From an uncultured Acidobacteriota bacterium (GTDB lineage Bacteria; Acidobacteriota; Vicinamibacteria; Fen-336): a DNA stretch of 64,000 nt. Position numbers and translations under genes: made by a program. This document shows, piece by piece, positions 1 to 8,969 of this stretch (position 1 is its first letter; each line of letters begins with the position of its first letter). The stretch lies in NCBI GenBank assembly GCA_963697835.1, contig CAVOPG010000004.1, positions 84,616 through 148,615 of the forward strand. Direction: 5' to 3'. Below the pieces are notes generated by a model that saw only the letters and a program-made list of their open reading frames with translations, was not told where the DNA came from and made no database searches.

Positions 1-888
1 CGGGTGGACTTCCGGTACGACGCTTCCGGCAACCTGGCCTCGGCCGAGCAGACCGATCGCGAGAAGGGAATGACGACCGACCGCTACGAGTACTCGGTGT
101 CCGACCCGCGTGACCCGCACCAGCTCGTGGCCGTGACGCCACACGGCGAGGCACGGACGACCTACGCCTACGGGCCGCCCCCGGGACCGGCACCGCCTGC
201 CCGGGGCCCGGTGGGCCCGGTCGAGCCGCGGGAGCTCGTGCGCGCGGCGGACCCCGCGCCGGGCGGACACCCCACGACGTTTACCTACGACCCTTCCGAG
301 GCCGGGCAAGGCGTCTTCCGGACCGAGGTCCGGGCGGCCGGCGGGTCCGTCACCCGCTACGTGCTGAACGGCGACGGCAACCCCCTGGAGATCGACGAGC
401 CAGCGGGCCTGGGCCGTACCGTCACCAAGTTCACGTGGGACCCCGCCCACGTGGTGAAGACGGCCGAGGACAACAACCACGGGCGCCACCTGACGTACGG
501 CCACGACCCGGCGGGCAACCTCACCCTGGAGCTGGACGTGGCGCGGCCCGGCGCCCCGGTCCGCAAGACCGTCTACGCCTACGACCCCCGCTTCAACAAG
601 CTGGTGCACAAGGAAGACGCCGACGGCCGCCGCAGCGCCTGGACCCTCGACCCGGAGACCGGCGACCTCCTGCGCGAGGACGGGCCGGACGGGAAACCGA
701 AGACCTGGGCCTACGACCGCGAGGGCTGTCTGGACGAGCAGAGGAACGCGGGCGGTCGGACTCTCTACCGCCGGCCCGACACCTTCTGCAATGCGACCGA
801 GGTCAAGGCACCCGACGGGAGCATCAATCGCCGGCGCTTCGACGCCCGCGGCCGGCTCATGGACGAGACGAAGACGCCCCCGCGCTGA
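1..888 (+). CDS. RHS/YD-repeat protein, C-terminal part (5' end outside window)
   Basis: ORF 4..888 is open to the window edge. It carries recurring YD-repeat signatures (YDASGNL, RYEYS, TYAYG, FTYDPS, YGHDPAGNL, YAYDPRFNKL, WAYDREG, FDARGRL). It ends inside repeat-like sequence with no recognisable toxin tip. The last 32 nt overlap convergent gene 857..3415. Confidence 0.7.
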   Translation, partial: RVDFRYDASGNLASAEQTDREKGMTTDRYEYSVSDPRDPHQLVAVTPHGEARTTYAYGPPPGPAPPARGPVGPVEPRELVRAADPAPGGHPTTFTYDPSEAGQGVFRTEVRAAGGSVTRYVLNGDGNPLEIDEPAGLGRTVTKFTWDPAHVVKTAEDNNHGRHLTYGHDPAGNLTLELDVARPGAPVRKTVYAYDPRFNKLVHKEDADGRRSAWTLDPETGDLLREDGPDGKPKTWAYDREGCLDEQRNAGGRTLYRRPDTFCNATEVKAPDGSINRRRFDARGRLMDETKTPPR

Positions 889-3415
889 CGGGTGCCCGCC
901 CGCGGGCGAGTGCCATGGCCGTCCCCGGCACGAGGGGGACGAGGCTCAGGAACGCGTCCCGGGCCGCCGGGCCGAGGCCGGACGCGCGCGCCCCGGGGAG
1001 TGCCGCGAGCGCGGCCGCGGCGGCGAAGAGGAGCCCGGTCTGCACGAAGGCCCAGGCGACGAAGGCGAAACGGCTCGCCCGGCGGCCGCGCGCCAGCGGC
1101 ACCAGCAGCGCCGCCGCGGCCGCGAGGAGCAGCACCGCGACGACGAGCTGGGACAGGAGGAGCGGCGCCCACAGCGCATGGTGCAGCGTTCCGTCCGGGA
1201 GAGTGCGCTGCGCCCAGGACGCGGGCCGGCAGAGCCGCCAGGCGCGGACGAACGCCGCCCCGTGGACGACGACCGCGCCGGCGACGAGCGCCCCGAGGAC
1301 GACGGTGGCGACGCGTGGTCTCATGGGCAAGGCGACCCTCGCCTCGTGCGGGACGAGCCGGACGAGGGTCACTCCTCCGAGCCCCGCCAGGGCCAGGGCC
1401 AGGGCCACGGTCATGACCGCCACCCAGTTCGTGCCGCCCAGGCGCCCACCGGCGGGGCGCGTCAGCCGATACCCCAGCCGCCCTCGCATCTGGTCCAGGC
1501 GGGCGAGGTGGGCCTCGACCGAGGCCGCCGGCACGGCGTCGGCAAACGTCTGATACTCGTACTCCAGGCTCAGGGAGTCGCCGGCGGGACGCGCCCGGTA
1601 GGAGAAGCGGACGGCGGGGGTGGCGAGGTCGAGCGAGTCCGGCTCGAGGCCCCAGTCGCCGGGCAGACGCACGCGGCTGACGTGGCGGAGGAACACCGGG
1701 TACGCGACGGCGAGCGGCGCGTGCGAGGCGATCTTGGGCCGGCGCAGCTCGTCGTCTAGCGTCGACGCCCACAGGTCGCTTTGCCGACGCCCGGGCGAGG
1801 GGCCGTCGCTCCAGAAGCCTGGGATCGCGTAGCGCTCCCGCACGAGAAGGACGTTCTTCTCCCGGTCGTCCTGCACCTCGAGGGCGGCGAGGGAGCGGAT
1901 GCCCGGCCAGGTCTGCGCGTAGAAGTCCGTGTAGCCCTTGGCGACGTCGTCGCGGCTCCGGCGCCGGAGGTCGGCCCGGGCGCGGTCGGCGTCGCAACCC
2001 TCGTAGCGCGTCTCCACGCTGTACTCGACCGGCTTCCCGTCGTCCCGCACGCGGTACTCCTCCTCCACCGTCTCCGTCGGCCGGGCGGGGATGTCGGGCG
2101 CGATCTCGGTCAGGTCGAGGACGCCCTCGTCCACGACGAGGGCCCTCTCGTAGTCGGGGAAGCAGGTCCGCCCGAGCATCCCCCCCTGGGCGGTGCGCGT
2201 CGGGTCGAGCCACAGCACGCGGCCGCCGACCTCGGCACGGGTCACGACGTGGTTGAAGGCGTAGGGGGTCGGAAGCCAGTCGTCGAGGCCCCGCCCCCGG
2301 CTCGTGTGGACGAGCGCGGGCCGGGCCCGCAGGCCGAGGGCACCGAGCAGCGTCGAGAGGAGGAGCGACTTGTCCTTGCAGTCCCCGAACCGCCGCGCAA
2401 ACACCACACCGGGCGCGGTCGGCCGGTGCGACCCCGTCCCCATCTCGATCCCGACGTACCGCACCTCGTCCTGCACGAACCGCAGGGCGGCGCGGGCGCG
2501 CTCGCTTTCGTCGGGCAGCCGCTTCCACCCCTCGGCCTTCGCCGTGAGATCGGGGGGCAGCACGGTGGGGACCGTGTAGAGGGGCCGCGCCCACGCGGCC
2601 ACGTCGGCCCACCTTGCGAACTCGCTGAGCTGCACCCAGGCCCAGCGCGCGTACCAGGGGGGCACGGGCCCGGGGTCGGCAACCGGCGCCTCTTCTTCGA
2701 GCTCCCACACGTATTGGCGCGCCGGCCCGGCGTCGTCGATCACGGGGGCGACCGACGTCCCGTGGTTCCGCACGAGCAGGGTCCGCTCTCGCGGCCACAG
2801 GAGCCGGTAGCGGAGGTGGCGCAGGGGCACGCTCCACTCCACGTCGATGCCCTCGGTGAAGCGGCCCCCCAGCACCGGGTTGGCCCCGCGCAGCGTGTAG
2901 GCGTACTCGACCACGTCGCCGACACGAAGGTCCTCGATGAACGCGATCGCCGACAGCGCCCCGTCGTACACCTGCGCCTCGAGCTCGCTCTCGCGCTGGA
3001 CGAGCTCGACCCGCTCCCGCACCAGCCGGTCCAGGACGGCGCCCCCGCGCCGCACCCGCAGGAAGTGGAGCTCCACCGTCTCGTAGCCGGGGTCGTAGGC
3101 GACGGAGAGCTGCGAGGCGGCTTCCAGCCCCGCCTCGTTGACGATCCGCTTCGCGAAGTGCCCGAACCGCTCCTCCCCGCGCGGAGAGACGCGGGTTTGC
3201 TGGTCCACGAGCAGGTAGTGCACCCCGCCGCTGATCTCGCTCGCCGGCGGCGACGCCCGGAGGTCGACGGCGATCGGCTCCGCCCACGAAGGCGGCGGCC
3301 CGAAGGAGAGGCCGCGCCGAGTCGCGTCGGAGGCCCCCGCCGGCGCGGCGGCGGCGAAGGCGAGCGCGGCCACGCCCGCGAGGGCTCGCGCGCCGAGCGG
3401 TCGCCGTGGGCTCAT
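857..3415 (-). CDS. DUF3857-like N-terminal domain + transglutaminase-like cysteine protease core, C-terminal multi-TM region
   Basis: 852-aa intact ORF with a signal peptide (ALAGVAALAFAAAAPAGA). It has the transglutaminase-core Cys motif FGDCKDKSLLLSTLL. The C-terminal ~200 aa form several hydrophobic helices. Confidence 0.75.
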   Translation of the reverse strand: MSPRRPLGARALAGVAALAFAAAAPAGASDATRRGLSFGPPPSWAEPIAVDLRASPPASEISGGVHYLLVDQQTRVSPRGEERFGHFAKRIVNEAGLEAASQLSVAYDPGYETVELHFLRVRRGGAVLDRLVRERVELVQRESELEAQVYDGALSAIAFIEDLRVGDVVEYAYTLRGANPVLGGRFTEGIDVEWSVPLRHLRYRLLWPRERTLLVRNHGTSVAPVIDDAGPARQYVWELEEEAPVADPGPVPPWYARWAWVQLSEFARWADVAAWARPLYTVPTVLPPDLTAKAEGWKRLPDESERARAALRFVQDEVRYVGIEMGTGSHRPTAPGVVFARRFGDCKDKSLLLSTLLGALGLRARPALVHTSRGRGLDDWLPTPYAFNHVVTRAEVGGRVLWLDPTRTAQGGMLGRTCFPDYERALVVDEGVLDLTEIAPDIPARPTETVEEEYRVRDDGKPVEYSVETRYEGCDADRARADLRRRSRDDVAKGYTDFYAQTWPGIRSLAALEVQDDREKNVLLVRERYAIPGFWSDGPSPGRRQSDLWASTLDDELRRPKIASHAPLAVAYPVFLRHVSRVRLPGDWGLEPDSLDLATPAVRFSYRARPAGDSLSLEYEYQTFADAVPAASVEAHLARLDQMRGRLGYRLTRPAGGRLGGTNWVAVMTVALALALAGLGGVTLVRLVPHEARVALPMRPRVATVVLGALVAGAVVVHGAAFVRAWRLCRPASWAQRTLPDGTLHHALWAPLLLSQLVVAVLLLAAAAALLVPLARGRRASRFAFVAWAFVQTGLLFAAAAALAALPGARASGLGPAARDAFLSLVPLVPGTAMALARGRAPVSAGASSSRP

Positions 3416-4062
3416 GCCGGAAGCGTGCTCCCGCCCGTCCTCGCCAAGTCCGTCACCAGGCGCACCAGGAGCGCGGCGGCCAGCCCCAGCAGGACGAGGC
3501 CGGCGAGGACCAGCCCGACGACAGCCGCCGCCATCGCGAGGCCTTGGTCCCCGGCGGCGCGGGACACCTCGGCTGCTTCATCCGGGGAGAGGCGGCTCCG
3601 TCCCGAGAAGAGGAGGCGCGTCCCTGGCTTCGCCAGGTAGGCGAGCACGAGGATCGACATGAAGGTGCCGACCGGCACCAGGGGCAGTCCGATCACTGCG
3701 AGGCCGAGCTGCGTCCGGCGCCCGTACTCTTCGAGCTGCCAGAGCCCCATGCCGGCCATCACCGCGACACCGGCGAGGAGCGCGCAGGCGCCCGCCACCG
3801 CGAGAATGACGGCGTGGTTTCCGTCGCGGTGCAGCCGGCCCGCCGCCGCCGCCGCGGGAGCGAGAGCGATGGCGGCCGAGAGGAAGTCGAGGACGGCGAG
3901 GGCGGTCAGGACCCCGGGTCGCCCGGGGATGGGACCTCCCACCGCGGTGGCCGCGGGCGGGGGGAGGCCGCCCACCGGCGAGGGCCGCGGCACGCGCTGC
4001 CGGCAGCGGCTGCAGAAGGCCGCGCCGGGCATGAGCGGCTTCCCGCACGAGGGACACTCCAT
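3412..4062 (-). CDS. zinc-ribbon membrane protein
   Basis: N-terminus is MECPSCGKPLMPGAAFCSRCRQ (two CxxC pairs), followed by about 4 hydrophobic helices. Its stop abuts the start of the downstream gene 857..3415, suggesting an operon. Confidence 0.6.
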   Translation of the reverse strand: MECPSCGKPLMPGAAFCSRCRQRVPRPSPVGGLPPPAATAVGGPIPGRPGVLTALAVLDFLSAAIALAPAAAAAGRLHRDGNHAVILAVAGACALLAGVAVMAGMGLWQLEEYGRRTQLGLAVIGLPLVPVGTFMSILVLAYLAKPGTRLLFSGRSRLSPDEAAEVSRAAGDQGLAMAAAVVGLVLAGLVLLGLAAALLVRLVTDLARTGGSTLPA

Positions 4063-4158
4063 CCCACCTCCCAGGCGAACGCGAGTCTAGGGGGCGGAGC
4101 CGAGCCCGGTCAAACGATCCGACCGCCGCCCCGACGTTCGGCGCCCCTCTTCAGGGCG

Positions 4159-5062
4159 TCAGGCGTAGCGGCGCGCGAGCGACAGCGCCTCGCGTCCGTA
4201 GTGTCCGCCGAAGATCAGGTGGTGGTTGAGCAGGTGGTAGAGCTGATACAGCGGGTTGCGCTCGCGCCACTCGGCAGGCAGGGGGAAGGCCTCGTGATAG
4301 CCGGCGAAGAAGCGCTCGGAGAAGCCGCCGAAGAGCGTCGTGATGCCGAACTCCATCTCGCGGTCGCACGCGGCCGCGGCTGGATCGACGAGGGCCGGGC
4401 CGCGTGTCGTCACGAGCACGTTGCCCGACCACAGGTCGCCGTGGATCAGCGCCGGCCGGGCCTCGTGCGCGAGGAGGGAGCCCAGGCGCTCGCTCAGGCG
4501 CTCGAGGACCCTGCGCTCCTCGCGCCCGATCCGACCCTCCTCCTCGAGCCGGCGCGAAAGCGGCCGCAGGCGCCGCTCCGCGTAGAACTCGGCCCAGGAG
4601 GGGCTCGGGCGATTGTCCTGCGGCGTCGGGCCGCAGTACGTGGTGACCGGGAACCCGAAGACCTCTTGCGTCCCCGCGTGTATCGCGGCGAGCCCCCGGC
4701 CCAGCGCGACGGGGTCGCCGGCCGCGCCCGTCTTCGGCTCCAGGTACTCCATCACGATGCACGCCGGACGAGCTTCGGCCGGAGCCAGGGCGACCAGCAC
4801 TTCCGGGATGGCGAGGCCGGCCCCGGCCTCGCGCAGGGCGCGTAGTCCTCGCGCTTCGCTCAGGAAGAGGTCGGGCGCGCAGTCGTGATTCCACTTCGCG
4901 AACCAGTCGCCGTGCGTCGTGCGAACCCGGGCGGCGTGGTGGATGCAGCCCCCGGCTACCGATTGCAGCTCGAGGACGCGCAGGCGCCGGATCGCCCTCG
5001 GCCTTTCCGATCTCGTCTTCCAGGAACGCGGCGGGTCCTGGCCGCGGGCCGAAGACGCTCAC
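4159..5062 (-). pseudogene. fructosamine/ketosamine-3-kinase family gene, reading frame broken near 4990-5000
   Basis: ORF 4159..4800 carries the kinase core (HGDLWSGNVL, DPAAAACDREMEF). The same frame is open upstream to 5058 and reads VAGGCIHHAARVRTTHGDWFAKWN (nucleotide-binding region). The N-terminus (VSVFGPRPGPAAFLEDEIGKAEG) is in the frame of ORF 4151..5095. A GTG at 5062 overlaps the upstream stop as GTGA. Confidence 0.7.
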
Positions 5063-5547
5063 CGCGTGAGCTCGGCCAGCAGCCCCCGGCAGCACCTGTC
5101 GAGGAGATCGAAGACCTCCTCGAAGGCCTCTTCACCCGAGTAGTAGGGGTCGGGCACGTCGCCGCCGGGCGGCTCGCCGAACTCGCGCATCAGCCGGATC
5201 CGGTCCCGCAGAGGTACCGGGCAACGTCCCCGAAGCTCCTTGAGGTGCCCCCGGTCCATCGCGAGGATCAGGTCGAAGCGCTGGAAGTCGGAGTCCCTCA
5301 CCGCGCGCGCGAGCGAGGTCACGGCCACGCCCCGCCCCGCGCCCACGCGCCGGGCACGCGTGTCGGCCGGTTCGCCCTCGTGATAGCCGTGCGTCCCGGC
5401 CGATTCGACCTCGAAGTCGGAGCCCCGGCCCGCCCGCTCGGCCTGATGGCGGAAGATCGCCTCGGCCAGCGGCGAGCGGCAGATGTTGCCGGTGCAGACG
5501 AAGAGCAGACGCTTCGCGGGTGAAACTCCGGCGTGCCGCACCTGCAC
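5059..5547 (-). CDS. low-molecular-weight protein-tyrosine phosphatase
   Basis: P-loop LLFVCTGNICRSP (CX5R-S) plus the DPYY motif (VPDPYYSG). Length is about 160 aa. Confidence 0.85.
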   Translation of the reverse strand: MQVRHAGVSPAKRLLFVCTGNICRSPLAEAIFRHQAERAGRGSDFEVESAGTHGYHEGEPADTRARRVGAGRGVAVTSLARAVRDSDFQRFDLILAMDRGHLKELRGRCPVPLRDRIRLMREFGEPPGGDVPDPYYSGEEAFEEVFDLLDRCCRGLLAELTR

Positions 5548-5613
5548 ATGATAGAGCGTTCTGCTCGCCGCTTCCGACCGAAGCGCCCGTCTTCAGTAGA
5601 ATCCCGTGCACCG

Positions 5614-6957
5614 ATGAGCGGCATCCTCCTCTTGCTGCTTTCCGCACCGCCGGCGCCGCTCCGCGAGCAGGCCTTCCGGTTGGAGCGCCCGGCGGAGGCC
5701 GTGGCCGTGGTCCGCGCGTCGTGCGAACGGTGTGAATGGGGTGCCCGAGGCCGCGAGGCCGCGGTCCTCGCGCTCTCGGTCGACGGCGCCCTCCAGCAGC
5801 ACCTCGTCCTGACCCGCGGCAAGGAGGGGGAATACCGCGTGCTGCTCGGGGCGCTGCCCGAGGGTGAGCACCGCGTCGCGCTCGCCCTCGACGCGCGCCG
5901 CTCGGCGGGCGGGATCGGGGCCGTTCGCGTCGAGAGCGTGAGCATAGAGGCCGTGGCCGCGGCCGACCCCGCCCACGAGGCGCTCGCCCACGCGCCCATC
6001 GTCCACACGCGGAAGGGCTCGCTCGACCGCTTCTCGGACGTGCCGCTCGTCGCCTGGGTGGAGACGTTCCCGGCCCCGGAAGGCGGCCGCGAGCTGCGCT
6101 ACTCGATCGTGTTCAGCCACGAGGACGGCGGCACCCCGCTCGACCGCCTGATGGCGACCTGGGGCCGCGCGACCGACATCGAGCTCGTCTACGCGGTCGA
6201 GCTCGACGCGGGGGGACGCGTGCGCCGGGCCGAGTACCAGGGCAAGGACCACGTCACGACGGCGTTCGCCGGGCGACGCGAGGGCCGACACCCCGTGCTC
6301 TACGTCGTGACCAGGAACAACATGGTGAGCGACCACGGATCCGGCACGCCGCGCGTGGCGCTCGCCCCCGTTCCCTTCTCGCTCGACGGCGTCTCGCGCG
6401 AGACGGTGATGGACGCCCATCCGTTCACGCACCAGGTCTCGGCGGCTGAGGTGCGGCGCGAGGGCCTGGTGAGGGACGGTGCGAGGCCGGGCTCGAAGCG
6501 GATTCCGGATCCCCGCCGTTTTGCCTTCCTCGAGGCCTGTGGCCGCGTGGACGACACGCGGCTCGCGTTCGACGTCGCCCTCCGGGGCGTGGACGGCACG
6601 CTCCAGTGGCACGCCTCCGACGCGGGTCGCCCGGCCTTCCGCGTCGCGCGCAGCGGCTGCTTCCGCGCCGCGGTCGCGCTCCCTTCCGGAGCGGTGGTCG
6701 GCGACGTGCAGGCGCTGCGCCTGCGCGCCCACACGCGGCCGCCGCGCCGCGGCGAGGCGCCACTGCCGAAGGGCAGGGGCACCGCGCAGATCGAGCGCAT
6801 CAACCGGCTCTTCGGCCTCCGCCCGGACGACACACCCGGACCGAGCCGCTTCGGCTGGACCGAGGGTGCCTCGCTTCCGCCGGACGGACCGGCGCTCGAG
6901 CTCGCCGTGCCCGGCGACAATGACGGAGCCGCGAGTCCTGCCGCTCGGAGCCGGTGA
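5614..6957 (+). CDS. conserved hypothetical protein with N-terminal hydrophobic signal/anchor
   Basis: ATG at 5614 (MSGILLLLLSAPPAP). The composition looks coding and I recognise no motif. The 3' end overlaps the next gene by 38 nt. Confidence 0.5.
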   Translation: MSGILLLLLSAPPAPLREQAFRLERPAEAVAVVRASCERCEWGARGREAAVLALSVDGALQQHLVLTRGKEGEYRVLLGALPEGEHRVALALDARRSAGGIGAVRVESVSIEAVAAADPAHEALAHAPIVHTRKGSLDRFSDVPLVAWVETFPAPEGGRELRYSIVFSHEDGGTPLDRLMATWGRATDIELVYAVELDAGGRVRRAEYQGKDHVTTAFAGRREGRHPVLYVVTRNNMVSDHGSGTPRVALAPVPFSLDGVSRETVMDAHPFTHQVSAAEVRREGLVRDGARPGSKRIPDPRRFAFLEACGRVDDTRLAFDVALRGVDGTLQWHASDAGRPAFRVARSGCFRAAVALPSGAVVGDVQALRLRAHTRPPRRGEAPLPKGRGTAQIERINRLFGLRPDDTPGPSRFGWTEGASLPPDGPALELAVPGDNDGAASPAARSR

Positions 6958-8932
6958 TGACCGCTCCCCGCCCGGCGAGCGCCTGATCGGCACTCCGGGC
7001 ATCGGGTCGAGGCCGCGTGGTTGCGAGCCCGGGCTCTTCGGTGCTGCAATCAGCTCCTTGGATCGCCCTTGCCTCATCTGGGACGGCGACTGCGGTTTCT
7101 GCCGACGCAGCGTGGAGCACCTGCGTGCGCGGTGTGGCGAGCGCTTGGCCTTCGAGCCGTACCAGACGGCCCACCTGCGTTTCCCCGCCGTCCCGGTGGA
7201 GGCTTTCCGCGAGGCCGTTCACCTCGTAGAGCCCGACGGCCGCGTCAGCCGGGGTGCCGAGGCGGTCTATCGCGCCCTCGCCTACGGGGGCTTCGCGCTG
7301 CCGCTCGCCGGCTACCGCTGGCTGCCCGGGTTCGCCGGGCTGTCCGAGTGGGGCTACCGCCTGGTGGCCGCCCACCGCCCCTTGGCCGCGCGACTCGTCG
7401 ACCTCCTGGTCGGCGACCTCGTGGGCCCGCCGCGCTTCCGGCTGACGCGCTTCGTCTTCCTGCGGCTGCTGGCGCTCACGTACCTCGCGGCGTTCCTGTC
7501 GCTCGGGCCGCAGGTCCACGGCCTGATCGGCGAGCATGGCCTCTTGCCCGCCCGGGAGCTGCTGCTCGCGGCGCGCGAGGCGCGCGGGACGGAGGCGTTC
7601 TGGCTGCTGCCCACGCTGGGCTGGCTGGGCGCGGGCGACACCGCGCTGTCGGTTCTCTGCTACGGTGGGGCGGCGGCGGCGCTGCTGGCCCTTCTGGGCC
7701 TCGCCCAGGGACCGCTCTTCGCCGTCTGCTGGGCCTTCTACCTCTCCCTCGTCCACCTCGGACAGGACTTCCTGTCCTTCCAGTGGGACGTGCTCCTCAC
7801 CGAGACCGGGTTCCTCGGCCTGCTCCTCGCGCCGTGGGCACACGTCCGCCCGCGCCGCCCGGGCGACGAGCCCGCTCCTCCCACCGTCGTCATCTGGCTG
7901 CTCCGCCTGCTCCTGTTCAAGCTGATGTTCGGCTCCGGCCTCACGAAGCTCACGTGGGGCGACCCGACCTGGCACGACCTGAGCGCCCTCAGCTATCACT
8001 ACTGGACGCAGCCGCTGCCCACGCCCCTCGCCTGGTACGCGAGCCATCTCCCACGCGCGCTCCAGGCCTTCTCCTGCGCCGTGATGTTCGTGGTCGAGCT
8101 GGGGCTGCCCTTCCTCGTGTTCGCCCCGCGTCGCCCGCGGAAGATCGCGCTCGTCGGGTTCCTCGCCCTCCAGGCGCTCATCGCGGCCACCGGCAACTAC
8201 GGCTTCTTCAACCTGGTCGCGGTCGTGCTGTGCGTGCCGCTGCTGGACGACCGGGGCTGGCCCGCGGTCCTGCGGGCACGCTTCCTCCTCGACGAGCGAC
8301 CGGGCACGGCGAGAAAGGCGCCGACCCGCACGCACCGGCTGCTCCTGGCGCCGGCGGCGATCCTGGTCCTTCTCTCGATCCCCCCTCTCCTCGACGGCTT
8401 CCACACCGACTACTGGCGCCGGCACCCGGGCCACCCCCTGCTGCGCCTCGCGCGGCTCGCGTCGCCGTTCCTGGTGAGCACCTCCTACGGTCTCTTCCGG
8501 ACCATGACGACGACGCGGCCGGAGATCGAGATCGAGGGCAGCCTGGACGGCGAGACCTGGCGGGCGTTCGTGTTCCGCTACAAACCCGGCGACCCCTCGC
8601 GAGCGCCTCGCTTCCTCGGAACGCACATGCCGCGGCTGGACTGGCAGATGTGGTTCGCCGCGCTGCGGGCGGAGAGCCTGGCCGGCGACCCCGAAGACAC
8701 GAGGCTCTGGCTGGAGCAGGAGGACGTCTGGCTGGGGCGGCTCCTGCTGGCGCTCGTCCGGGGCGACCCGCCGGTCCTGGACCTGCTGGGATCCGCACCG
8801 TTCGATGGTGACCGGCCCCGGTACGTCCGCCTCGTCCTGTGGGAGTACCGCTTCACCGATCGCGGGAGCGAGTGGTGGGTGCGCCGCCGGGTCGGCGTGC
8901 TGGCGGGGCCGCTGGGCGTGCCTCCGGGGTGA
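6920..8932 (+). CDS. DCC1-like thiol-disulfide oxidoreductase (DUF393) fused to a lipase-maturation-factor (LMF) family polytopic membrane domain
   Basis: The N-terminal part has LIWDGDCGFCRR (DCC-family CxxC). The remainder is hydrophobic LMF-like sequence (FLRLLALTYLAAFLSLGPQVHGLIGEHGLLPA ... YHYWTQPLPTPLAWY ... FRYKPGDPSRAPRF). The start at ATG 6920 is my choice. Confidence 0.65.
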   Translation: MTEPRVLPLGAGDDRSPPGERLIGTPGIGSRPRGCEPGLFGAAISSLDRPCLIWDGDCGFCRRSVEHLRARCGERLAFEPYQTAHLRFPAVPVEAFREAVHLVEPDGRVSRGAEAVYRALAYGGFALPLAGYRWLPGFAGLSEWGYRLVAAHRPLAARLVDLLVGDLVGPPRFRLTRFVFLRLLALTYLAAFLSLGPQVHGLIGEHGLLPARELLLAAREARGTEAFWLLPTLGWLGAGDTALSVLCYGGAAAALLALLGLAQGPLFAVCWAFYLSLVHLGQDFLSFQWDVLLTETGFLGLLLAPWAHVRPRRPGDEPAPPTVVIWLLRLLLFKLMFGSGLTKLTWGDPTWHDLSALSYHYWTQPLPTPLAWYASHLPRALQAFSCAVMFVVELGLPFLVFAPRRPRKIALVGFLALQALIAATGNYGFFNLVAVVLCVPLLDDRGWPAVLRARFLLDERPGTARKAPTRTHRLLLAPAAILVLLSIPPLLDGFHTDYWRRHPGHPLLRLARLASPFLVSTSYGLFRTMTTTRPEIEIEGSLDGETWRAFVFRYKPGDPSRAPRFLGTHMPRLDWQMWFAALRAESLAGDPEDTRLWLEQEDVWLGRLLLALVRGDPPVLDLLGSAPFDGDRPRYVRLVLWEYRFTDRGSEWWVRRRVGVLAGPLGVPPG

Positions 8933-8969
8933 GCCGAACGGCTCTCGCTCCGGCCGGCCCACCTGCGGC

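Noticed and set aside
765-3287. Very long ORFs antisense or out of frame to confident genes. Examples are 765..3287, 1781..3640, 5593..7077, 6800..9343, 15759..17840, 26421..29150, 29682..31616, 33652..35763, 41594..42961 and 43443..44831.
   Set aside because: Their translations are Arg/Pro/Gly/Ala-rich low-complexity sequences with no motifs. They overlap ORFs with clear family signatures. Stop-poor alternative frames are expected at about 70% GC.
3355-3485. My base-by-base reading of the printed sequence disagreed by 1 nt with the ORF-track frames around 3360 and again around 3480. The two offsets cancel.
   Set aside because: Three independent track ORFs agree with each other across this stretch, so I treated it as my own reading error. 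I used track coordinates, and it is not reported as a biological indel.
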